Made by a program: the position numbers and the translations under genes | Part shown: positions 25,801 to 38,300 of the stretch, piece by piece | Numbering within the stretch: the first letter of the stretch is position 1 | Layout of the letters: the number at the start of each line of letters is the position of its first letter | Notes under the pieces: generated by a model | Database searches by the model: none | Told to the model about the DNA's origin: nothing | Seen by the model: the letters and a program-made list of their open reading frames with translations, nothing else | DNA from: Eledone cirrhosa | Lineage: Eukaryota | Direction: 5' to 3' | Length of the DNA stretch: 64,000 nucleotides | Assembly: GCA_964016885.1 (NCBI GenBank) | Contig: CAXHJY010001528.1 | Location: 1 to 64,000, forward strand

Positions 25801-28800
25801 TATTTAGTGTTGAGATCTTCTGACGTCTCCCTGGCTTTGAACCGACCACAAGTGATGACAAATGTTGTTACTATAATCAAAGAAAATATTCCAGAAGTAA
25901 GAATTTATTTTATTTTACATTCCTTCATGTCTATCTTATGTAATATATACACACACTCACAAATAATGAATCAGAACATATCAAATATGTTTCGAATTTT
26001 GTGTTTCTCAATAAGCAAACTCAATAGACTTTATCTAGAGCCATAATAACCAAATAAAGAGATATATGTATATACAGAAAGAGCCATATATTGCACAAGA
26101 AACACAGTATATTGTATATATACAATATACTGTGTTTCTTGTGCAATATATGGCTCTTTCTCTTTCTGTATATACATATATCTCTTTATTTGGTTTTATA
26201 TATATATATTTGCAAGAGATGACAAAATGAACAGGCCTGCTTTTTCTTCAATAATTTCTTTTTGTTTCTACTCATTCCTTTATCTTTCTATTTCATCTTT
26301 CATTTTTCATCCTATGACTAGTGTCTGAAACATTAAGACTTTTTTCCTATTATACCAAGTGCAAAACTGATATATTTCTTCATTGTACTGTGTTGTTTGG
26401 TTTGTTATTTCTGTTTACTTTTTGAATATATATATATGAGCCCCTGCCTGTTAGAACATTCGGTAGAGTGTGGTAATGTGAGATGCAGGCACTCCAGTTC
26501 ATCTGAGAGGCCAGTAGCTCTAGGTACTGACCCAGCCTGTTGATGCATCCAGCTTTTAACAATGGATGTTATATGATGATGATGTGACTATATTCTGTAT
26601 TCTCCTCAAACAGTTATATAATTTCAAGGCTGTTAATTTTGTTTTTCTAATTATATTTTCTGAAATCATACAAAAATAATATTTATTGTAAATGTTTGTC
26701 TTATCTGTATCTTTTCAGTTGGTGTCTCTTGATGTTAGTTGCAACAGATTGGTGACTTTGGAATACTTGTCGGCACTAGTCCCACATACCCCTCATTTGA
26801 AAAATCTGAACCTTAGTAAAAATATGGTAGGTCACTTTGAAGTTTTGTTGCTAAAAAAACAACTTGATTTGTTTTTATATTTAACTATTAAAATCAAACC
26901 ACCTGAAACTGTCCCTATTTAACTGTAGAAAACTTTTTAAATGTTTATAATTCTCTAAACTATTTTCCTTGTAATTTAAGTAGGAACCTATGCATGCTCC
27001 AAAAAACTAGCTTAATGAAAAAGTTAGTAATACAGTGGAACCTCGTCTCAAATTCAATTCGTCCTGAAGGCCATTGGTTATCCAAAATATTTGTAAACCG
27101 AAATGTTGAGAGAGAGAGACGGTGTATGAAAGACAGATAGATATCACCACAGTAACTAACTATACAGCAAGTGATGCTTTCCTTCCAATACTCCTAGCTT
27201 GTTGCTAGTTGTGTGTTCATTACAGAAGATACCGTTTGTGAACCGAGATGTTTTATGTTAAAATAAATTGTTCATGAAATGATGTTCCACTGTATTACTA
27301 AATCTCATCAAATTCTTATTTATTTTCAAAATGATTTAAGTATCATTGTCTGTATTTCATTAAAAATATGGTAATAAAAGGGTTAATTTGCTGATTAGAG
27401 CTAATATTTCTTACATTAGTATAGAATTATTTGTTTTAACTTCTGCCTTTTTCTCCTTAGCTATTTGGTTATAGTAAATAATTGTGACAGGAAGCTTTTC
27501 TTGGCTCAGAGGTTAATTATTTTACCCTAAATTATATATGTCTCTATATCATGTTATTAGCTTGTAATTTTTAGGGTGGTGGATTAGCAGTATCGGAGGA
27601 GCATTGGACAACATGCATTGCAGCATATAGTTTCGTCCGTTTACATTCTGAGTTCAAATCCCACTGAGGTTAGCTTTGGGTTTCGTGCTTATGGGATCGA
27701 TAAAATAAAGCACCAGTAACTCACTGGGGGTCGATTTACTTGACTTTCTCCTCTCCGCAAATTATTGGCCTTTTGACTAAATAAGAAACCATTATATCTG
27801 TATGCATCAAGGTGGTGGATTGGTAGAATTGTTAGAACATTGGACAAATGCATTGTGGTATTTATTTTGGCTCTTTATCCTGCCAAGTTTAACTTTGACT
27901 CTCATCTTTCCAAGGGATACTAAAATAAAGTATTAGTCAAATGCTAGGGTCAATATATTTTACCTTTCTTGCTCTCCCCAATTTACTGATTTGTGCTTAA
28001 ATTAGAAACCATTGTATGTATCTACATCTCTTCTGATTACATATCTTACACCTTTTTAACTTATTGTTTTAGCTGAAAACCGTGGAAGAATTGGAGAAGG
28101 TTAAAGACTGGAAACTTGATGAATTGATACTAGAAGGCAATGAGTTGTGTAATAGATTTAAAGACCACTCGATGTATGTCAGGTAATGTAAAGGATAAGT
28201 TGACTTGAGTATCACCAGTATTTCCAGCTCTGTACTTGTTCTAATCTCATGCTGCACACTGAGAAATGGGTATCAGAGCTGCTTAAACCAATAATGTTTT
28301 ATAAGTACAAAGGTAGGACTAATGGATAAACTAACTGACCGAATGTTTATCGTCTGTAAATTAACGAACTTGGATCTTTGAAATGGAGTTACTTTTGCAT
28401 TTAAACATTTTTTTATTTTTTAAATTCTATTTTAAATGCTAAACTAATGTAACTTCCATCATTATTTAGTTTCCTTATATTGGAATCTGTTTTCATTTGA
28501 CCAGAGTTTGGTGTTTGGCAAGCCTAAATACTCATAGTTGATGACTTATGTATAAAACATTTAAAGGAGGTGTGGAGAGTCCCATATGGGCACTGTAGAA
28601 GATTTTGCTTTTGTGTGATGTTAGGGCAGGTTTCGGGTGGTATTGATTCCTCTCTATGCCAACAGAAGCTGCGCAATCTAACAAATCACAAACGCAAATT
28701 TTACAGTACCAAGTGGTCAGTAGAGTGGGAATGTAAGCAAGCAAGATGCAGTCAGTAGTTCTGCATGAGTACTGACCCTGTCTATAACAACACGTCCATC

Positions 28801-29400
28801 CCTTGTTACCAGGGAAAATGATTAAGTGATGATGATGATAATGCGACTTTTAGTGGCAAGGTGTTCTTACCTGTTTGTAGTTGCATGGACCAGGCAATTT
28901 GACCTCCAAATACAGCAGGAAACCAAACACCCATATTGCTGTGTTTTCTGACACTTTATTGATTCTATAGGACCCATGTTAAACTGTATGTTCCCATCAT
29001 GTAAAGACTCCCCCACTGGTCTTGCAGTGGTTAATCCTCAACTGCTTTTGGTATTCGTTGGGGTTTTTTCAGTTAAGTGGACTGGGGCAGTGTGAAATGA
29101 AGCGTCTTGCTCAAGGACACAATGCATTGCCCAGTCCAGTAATCAAACTCATAACCTTGTGATCATGAGTCTAACACCCTATCCACTTGGCCACATTCCT
29201 TCACCTGACTGTGTATGCTTTGTTCTCACCCAATCCTATGACTTGTGTCACAGGGAAAGTTAGTTTCATGGCAACAGTCTTTCTGTGAGGTGTTCACTTG
29301 GCTATAATTAACCAAGTTTGTCCAGTGCTTTACATAGATATGTGTTGTTCATTCACACATGTATGGCTTTCACTTGAAATGGTTACTGTTATATGGACCC

Positions 29401-29435
<35 letters not shown>

Positions 29436-32337
29436 CGGTTCATTCAATGTATTTAATTATTTTCACCTTTTCTTTTTAGATATTTTTTCTAAGGATTACC
29501 ACCAAGTTACCTCTGAATTTTTTTCAAGCAGTATTTGAAGTTTAGAAACACATTTAATTGAGAATTTATGTGTTATTTTTTTTTTTTTTTTTTTTTTTTT
29601 TAATAATATTTAAAATTTAGAAATAGAAAAAATGAGAATATTACTACTCTACATATAGGGTCTCAAGTTCAAATCTTACTGAGGTTGGCTTTGCCTTTCA
29701 TCCTTATGGGGTTGATAAAATAAAGTACTACTGAGGCACAGTGGTGGATTTAATCAACTTAACTTCTCTCCAAATTGCTGGCCTTATGCCTATAGTAGAA
29801 ATCATTATTATTATTAAAGTAATTTGTGGTATGTTAGTTTTAAGGTTCTATAGACACTAAATCACTGTCCAATACTTGAGTGTGTGTTGAGCTTATGTCG
29901 CTGACATATAAATGTATGCATCCATACATATACACCGGCATACATGCAGCCACATAGAAATTTAGTAATTTGAAATTACACACATATATATATAGAAATA
30001 ATAAATACAAAGACCAAAATGTGAAAGGGGCTCGATAAGGATTGTATATATATATATATATATAAGTATATATAAACCTGTAGAGCAAATATTTATTATT
30101 AATACAGATTAGAGCAAAGAATTTCGGCTTTCACCTTGTAAAAAAATCTTCTGAAGATCCTTTGTATGGTGAAAGCAAAAATTCCTTGCTTAAACTTTAA
30201 TCTGTACTAATGATAGATATAGATATGTCAAATTACTATATATATATAATAGCATCTTTATAATATTGTACAAATATCAAGTTTTATATTTTAGTTAGAT
30301 TAGGAAAGTATACTTAATATAAACACAAATATTGAAAACTCTTAGTACCAATCCCTTTCGCATTGTTTTTTTTAATCCATAATATATAAACTGATATGTT
30401 TTATACACACGCACACCCACATACATTACACACATGCATACATACATATATGTAAAATGTCTATTGCTTTTTTCAGCAATCTCAACATGATTAAAGTTGA
30501 ATATTTCTATATGACTTTTGTGAACATTTGTTTTTAAAAAAACTTAATTCAGTGATTATTGTTATCATAGATTTTTTTTTTTTATTGCTATTAATCAGTT
30601 TTTAAGGAGTGATTTGAAATCTATCATATGTGTGTGTATATATATATATTTACATACACCACACACATATACAATAGAATGATTTTAATTTTATTGATTT
30701 CTATATGTAAACTAATGATTGAAAGTCAAAATCATTTCTTTAAATGTCACCTTTCTCAGTTAGAACAGATACACTCTCTCTTTAATGCTCTGTCTCTTTC
30801 CTTCCCTCCCTACCTCTCTCTCTATAGTTTACTAACAATTCAATGTTAAAATAATTGTTCATAAGGCGGTGGATTGGCAGTTTCGGTAGTGTCGGGCAAA
30901 ATGCTTTGCAGCATAGTTACGGCCCTATATGCAGCTGATGTTAGCTTTGCCTTTCATCCTTAGGGAGGCGATAAAATACAGTACCAGTAATGCACTGGTG
31001 TCGATTTAATCGACTTTCTCTTCCCTTCAAATTGCTGGTGTTGTGCTAAATGTAGAAACCATTATTTTCTATGTTAGAGGTTTGGTGTAGAAGCTGAAAC
31101 AATGATGTCTTCAAGTCTTTAGTCCCTCTACATTCTAGGTTCAAATTTCACCAGAATCAACTTTGCTGCCTCTGGTGAAATAGTATCAGGCATGTATTTG
31201 GACTAATTCTGTTGGTCAGCCCTTTCTATTCCACTCTACTCTACAACTAGACGTCTTAATACCAATGTCAGAAATTAGTATTTTATATACTAATACCAAC
31301 ATTTATATTGATTTGGATTAGAAATGATATTTTCCATAAAATGTTTGTAGAAAGGAATTGAACCTTTAATTTTAAAAGTTAATTTGTTTTAAGGTATGCT
31401 AATTATTGATGGTTGAATGATTGCCAATAGTGGAAAAAAACCTGTTTCAATTTGAAACCTATGCTAGCAGGAGAAAAATATAAAGAGTAAATAAAAAATT
31501 TAGAATAATGTGCCCTTCATTCATCATCAATTAATGTTCATTTTCTATGCTAGTATATATTGGATAGTTTGGATAACCATGTCTTGCTTGTTCCATATTT
31601 TGGTGTGGTTTCTATGGCTGGATGTCCTTCTTGATGCCAACTGTTGTACAGAATGTACTGGGTACATTTTATCAGGGCACCAGCATTTGAGAGGTTGTAA
31701 TGTACTCAGCAATTCTATCCCATAGCTTTTGTATGGGAAAATTATTCTCCTTAACTGATTTCTGTTGTGAAGCAGTCAATAGTTTAGTTTAAAAACAAAA
31801 AAATTAATGTAAAAATGAAAACACTCTTCTGAGCGCCAAAGTTGAAGTTTATTGAACTTGGCTGTTATGATGGTGTCACTAAGTTCTAATTTCTATTTGA
31901 AAACTTTCAAACAAAGTGTTGGGAAGTCTCTTTGGCTGTTTCAAAGACATGACAACCTCCCTAATGCTGGTGTCACAAGATGCTTTTGGTAGAGCCACAG
32001 GATGGTATGTTGCGGTCCTGACTCTTCAGAGCAAACAATAGAGTATAGGAACATATACAAATTGCTGCGCTTCCCCCCAACCTTGCCTGGCCTGGCTCAT
32101 CAGCAAGAGGTCAGTAACTTCACTTGAGTACTGATTGGTCTGTGTAATGACACGTTCAACCCTTACTAGCAGAGGAAAACTTACATTAAACAGTGATATC
32201 TCATGTGAGATGAGATTGTTGGGGCCACTCTCACATAAGCAGATTATAAAATAGTTGTATTGTCATGGTTGCAAGGGGTTATTAAATATGATGGAAATCT
32301 ACTTGGAATTTGACATCAGATAAGTAAATATGAAATT

Positions 32338-32368
<31 letters not shown>

Positions 32369-35300
32369 CAAAATTGAAAACCTGAATGAGGGGAAATGAT
32401 CTTCAGTTAGCTGAACTGTCAAATTACTAATCTAAACAAATATATTTTGTTATCAATCTTTATCAAATTAACTAGAGTTTAACCAATTATGTTTTGGTAT
32501 GTATGCTGCTAATTAAAAAGAACAATTTCTCATGATGGTTTCTATACTAATATATTTTTTTAAATTGAAAAATTTAAATGAGAGTTATTGAAGTTTGAAT
32601 GTTGGCATATTTTAATATTAATCTTATATTTTACTAAACAAAATGTAAAAGTCTTGTTAGTGTTGTAATAAAACTAACTTTAATTGTTACTGTTCCTTGT
32701 TACATAACAATACTTTAAACATCTGAATATAACATGGCTGAATGGTTGAGGAGTTCGCTTTTCAATCATTAGGGTCCTGGGTTCAATCTCACTGCATGGA
32801 CATCTTGGGCAAGTATCATCCACCCATCCATGCCTAGTGAATGAGATAGAGTAAACGGAAACCGGATGCCAGTTGCATTGACTGTATTTGTAATTCAAAG
32901 GGACAGTCTTGTTTAACTGAATCTCCCTGAGAATTAGACTAAGATACATGTCTGTGGAATGCTCAGCCACTGACATTAATTTCATGAGCAGGCTGTTCTA
33001 TTAATTGAACAAACAAAACAATCATCATTGAAACTGATTGAGGTCCATTCCAAACATAACTGATTTGATTTTAACCAATACTCTTTTGCTTGTTCCAGCC
33101 GACTAGCTAAGGCCATACTGCTGCACCGTGTTTTTTTTTGTTTTTTTTTTAATTATTTTAATTATTTTTCAGACCAAAATGAATACCTTCTCTCTCTATC
33201 CACTACTATTGCTCTAAGCACAATCTGATAAAATATATATATTTTTTTATTTTATTTTTTTTTTATTTTTAAATTAAAATTATCTCTTCAGATTATGCTA
33301 GCAAGTTAGTATGGCTTTATCTGTTGTAGACTGACACCTCATTTAACACTTTTCATACCAAACTGTCTGAAACCAGCTCTAGTTCTATTATTTACAATAT
33401 AAAAGTATGTTCTAAAATCTTTCGAACATAATTTTATGTAAGAATCCTTATGTTCCAAACACCAGCTTAGTTATGAGAAAGTTAAAATACCAAATCTTTA
33501 TTATTTTAAGATCACAGACAATGTGGTAATGAAAGGGTTAAAACTGTGTTGCTTATTGTAATCTATTATTTTTCAATGGCACAGAAGTGTTTGTTTGTTT
33601 TTTTTTGTTTTTGTTTTAGCTGGCAAAACCCAATTCCTTCGGGTTTTTTTTTTTTTTTTATTCGATATGGTCTTAGTGTTTTGTATTGATTTATTTATTA
33701 AACTTGAAAACAATTTTTTTAATGATCACAAAAATGGACTTGAGTCAAAAAGAAGAAAAGAAAACAAAAATACATTAAATGTTGAAAAAAAAGACTTAAT
33801 TTAAAAAATAAAAAAGTGAAAAATGGCAAAAAAAAAAGTTAAATTGTGAGAAGAAAAAAAAGGAAATATTAAATATAATGTAAAAGATGATTAAAGTGGT
33901 AAAAAATATATAAAAGTATGCTCCTGTAATTTAAATTTGTGATCTGAAAATATTTTTTGCTTTCTTAACCAATTTAATTTACTCTACTTCCATATATATA
34001 TACTAATAAAACTGTTTCATATTCCCATGGTGTGCTTAAGTAACATCATAGAATATCAGTTCTCTCATGAACTTTCATTTATAGTTTTAAAAAACATTTT
34101 ATTTGCCAGGTATAGAAATTTGTTTTACTTAAATTTTAAATTTTTATGCTTTGTTTTAATGAGTACCGCTTTTTTTTTTTTATGTATATACTTCAATTAC
34201 AATTACTTGAAAATGTGAAAACTTTTAAAGTCATCAGAAATATATTGCAAGAACCATGACTAAACTTGGACTGGATAAACTGAAAGTAAAAGATACACCA
34301 AAAAAAAAATGGAAATGAGTAGACAATATTCAAACTATCCTCAAAGACTTTAATCTATTCTCTATTTTGGGAAAAAGAAAGAAAATATTCCTACCTCATT
34401 TTTTTTTATGAAATTCTCAGCATGAACAGACGGAAATTCCTTGTTGCAATGTTATTTGAAGATGTTTATATATACATATATGTTATATATATACACTTGT
34501 ATATATTAGTTATATGTATATATAAAATGTTATCTGGAATGGAGTTCCTGTATGGCGGAAATAAAAAGGAAAGGATTGTCCAGAGAATTGAAGTTTCCAA
34601 CCCAGAAGAAAATGTACGGCTCTTTCCAGTTTTGATGGCGTGAACATATTGGATGCTACATACTGTATGGAATCAAGAAAGAGCTGTGAAGCCATTTGTT
34701 GCATTTGCTCTTTTTTTTTTCCTCCTCTCTTTCACCACCAGCTTGCAGTTATTGTACTGTCACCGATGACGGGTAAGCTTTTCCAGAAGGGAAAACGACC
34801 TATGACAGGGACAGGAACCTTTAACTCGGCTAGAGAGACCAAAGCTTTTCAGACCTTTCCAGCCTTTTTTTTTTTTTAACTTTTACCTTGATTAAAATTG
34901 ACAAACATCAAAATGGAACTTTCAAAAACTGAAACTTCTAAAAACCAAAAATACATAAATAACAAGAAAAACCTAAATCAAATGGACAAATAATTTTTTT
35001 TTTTTTTTTTTTTATTCCTGATTTGATTTTAAAGTGAAATGAAAAATACATATTTTTTTATATTTATCTTTTTTTTTTTTTTTTTTTTAATTTTCAAAAT
35101 CTTTTCTTTTTTTAAATAATCAGTTTTTGTATAAATGTGTGTATGTATGAGTGTGAGAAAGTATGTGTGTAAATGCATGTATATGAAAATATAATTACTT
35201 CTGTGCCAAATTGAAATTTGTTTTTCTTATTTTTCATTTCTTTATTAATAACAGAATAGGAAGCTGAATTCTATTCTGTAAGAAGTCATACTTTTAGATT

Positions 35301-38300
35301 CCCACTAAAAAATATCTGTTCTAATTGAGTGAGTGTATCATATTCGCATTTGTCCAGTCTCTTGGCATGAATTTCAAATGTTAAAAACCAATTTCATATC
35401 AAATCACTTCCTTAATATTGATTTTAGTTGATTTAAATTTCAGAAATTATTTAAGTATATCAATCGTTCCCATACCAACTTTAATCATGTCTGTTGATGG
35501 GGGAGGGATGTTTGTTAATCTTCATGTGTTTCATAATTTCAATTTAAATCTATGAAATGTTTTGTAAATTTGCTTCTACCTTCAGAGCCGTAAGAAAGAA
35601 ATTTCCCAAAGTCTTAAAATTGGTAAGCTATATAATATTATCTTATTTTAAATGAAAGAGCTGTTGTGGTATATGTGTGAATCAAGAAAGTCTTGCGTAT
35701 GTATAGTATTTTATTGATTGATTTAATTCAATGTTAGCATTATGTATTTTGGATTTGTTTGAATAGATTTTTTTTCATTAACCATAATTGGCATTTCTAA
35801 GTATTGCCTTTATGTTGCCATACATTATCTCCTGAACAATTGTTACATGTTCCAATCCAATTTATGGCCTTTTCACTCCCTGGCTGGCCTCTACCACTTT
35901 GTTTGGTTTTGGTCATGAGACACACACATATATATATATATATATATATCCAATCTAATCTAGGGCCTTCTCACTCCAATTGGAGGAGCCTTTCTCTGGC
36001 TGACCTCCACTGCTTTCTGTTTGGCTTTAGTCGTGTCCTCAGAGGTGTACCTGTACACATCATGCTTGACCAATTGCGGGTTGGTGAAACTATTTAACCC
36101 ATAGTCAGGATGTATAGTCATTGACTCTTGAGTTCATCTGCTCTTTTAACAGTTCTTGTTTTTTGTGCTGCTAAGGTTCCACTTAACCTCCTCACTGGAC
36201 CAGAGTCTAGTGGAGAAGCAGGTTGTACTGGGTTACATGGTACCTGTAGCAGGCAGAAGCCTGACCTGACATATTAGTCAGTGAAAAATACATTGATCGA
36301 GTTTTACTATAGCTGATTTAAGTAGAAATTACCTGATATTTTCATTAATATTCTATGTCTAAGAGAGATATCACTCATTTATTTCATTAAACGAGTCTGT
36401 TTTAGTTAGTCTTTGCAGATGAATGTTCAATCAGAATTGATATCTGGGAGTGCTTCAAAACAGTCATTAATTTCCACCTGTATAGCAATAAGCTTGTATG
36501 AATTAATCTATGAAAACTAATTTAAATTAATGATAGCTGAGAGAATGAGTATATTATTAATGGGTGATATAAAGATGGGGAATATGAAATGATGAAAGAT
36601 GTCAGAACTACTAAAAGAATTTGATGATAAATCTATTAATGGCCTTATTGTAATTTTATTGTAGGATTGCCAAGATCTTCCACCACCAATTGTCTTTGAC
36701 TTAGAATCTGATATTGATCTACCTCCTTCGAAAGATAACTATTTCATGAATTCTGATGTTCAAAATTTACTGGTTAAATTTTTGAAACAGTATTATTTAA
36801 TTTATGACTCCGATAACAGACAACCTTTGGTAGATGCTTATCATGATCAGGTAAATGTTTCTTTAATATTTCTACATTAATTATACCTCAGGTTTTTGAC
36901 GTCTCTCAAGATATACAATCTTAGTGCGTCCATCCAACGCCTCCCAGGACGTATCACAGGCCCATCGCCAGATTTTACATATGTGATGGGGACTGCAATA
37001 TATTTTTCCAACAGGCCCCTCTAACTAAGGCCTGAATGCATCGGTCTTTGTTAACCCAAGCGAGATGGACAAAGCAGTATAGCTGCCTTTGTTGTGCCTT
37101 GCCATATTACAGTGATTTTTGGTGGTCTTAGTTGTGTCAGTCACCAATTTCTACTTTTCTCAGACCCAATGGACCGGGTGTTTGAGGACTGCCCTCGCAA
37201 CCCTCTCAGAAATAAGTGAGCAAAGGAATTTTTAACATACAGTTCAGATGTTAATTCCTCTGTTATATTTCTTGAACCTTTTCTTTCAATTATAAGACAT
37301 TCTCTGTATTTATGTGACATGTAAAATTTTAAATTGTCATTTAACATTTATCCATTTCTTTGTAGGCTATATTCTCATTTGCCTGCAACTTCAACCGTAT
37401 ACTTGGCAAGTAAGTACATTATATTCCTGTTTTCATTTTTTTTTTTTTTTTTTTTTTACGACATGTGGAGGCACGTGTTAAGGGTGTCAGACTTAGAATC
37501 ATAATATTGTGGGTTTGATTTCTGGACTGGATTGTATGGTATGTTCTAGAGCAAAACACTTCATTCCACATTGTTCCAGTATACTTAGCAGAAAATGAGT
37601 ATCAGCAATAGCTGGGGGATTTACCCCTATGTTGACTGGCATCCTGTCCAGGCGGATGTCTTGAACTCTCAATCGCTTGATGCCACGAAAACTGGGATAA
37701 ACACTGGCCTGATGGACCTCCTGGCTTGAAAAAGACTTTAGACGTTTTTTAGCAGACATTAATCTGTTGTTAAGAAATTAGCTTCACAACTGAATTGTTT
37801 GGGATTTGATCTCACTACACAGCATTTCGGGCAGGTGTTTTCCTCTGTAGCCTGCCTTAGTAGTACTTCGTGATTGAATCTGGTTGTTAGAAACTGTAAG
37901 GAGTCCTGTGTGTGTGTATGTGCATGAGGCTGTCTCTGTCTTCATATCAAACCATTCAGCAAGAAGTAGTGATGTGTGTTTGTGACTGCTGAAGTTTGTA
38001 TGAAGTGTATGTGTTTATAGGCTCTTAGTTTGACAAAAAGTGATTTGTAAAGTAAATTAGAGACATGAAAAAATGTGGACAGTTGGGATCAATATGTTCT
38101 ACTAGATCAGGGGTGTATCTAAGCATGGTCACATTTTAATGGCTGGAACCAACAAAAGAATTTATATTTTATGGGGTCGATAAAATAAAGTACCAGTAAT
38201 GCACTGGGTAATTGTTGGCCTTGTGCCTAAAGTAGAAACAATTATATTTATGGCTTTTCTAATATATTTCAGGCAGCCATCTTTGAATGAATATATCACT

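Larger units (their letters stand above)
28183..35585 (+). other. NXF1 cassette intron (7.4 kb) between the conserved 110-nt and 37-nt exons; candidate retained intron
   Basis: Upstream exon 28073-28182 is exactly 110 nt and downstream exon 35586-35622 exactly 37 nt, matching the conserved nxf1 cassette around human intron 10. Read-through GTC AG|G TAA gives a stop at 28184-28186. Confidence 0.85.
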
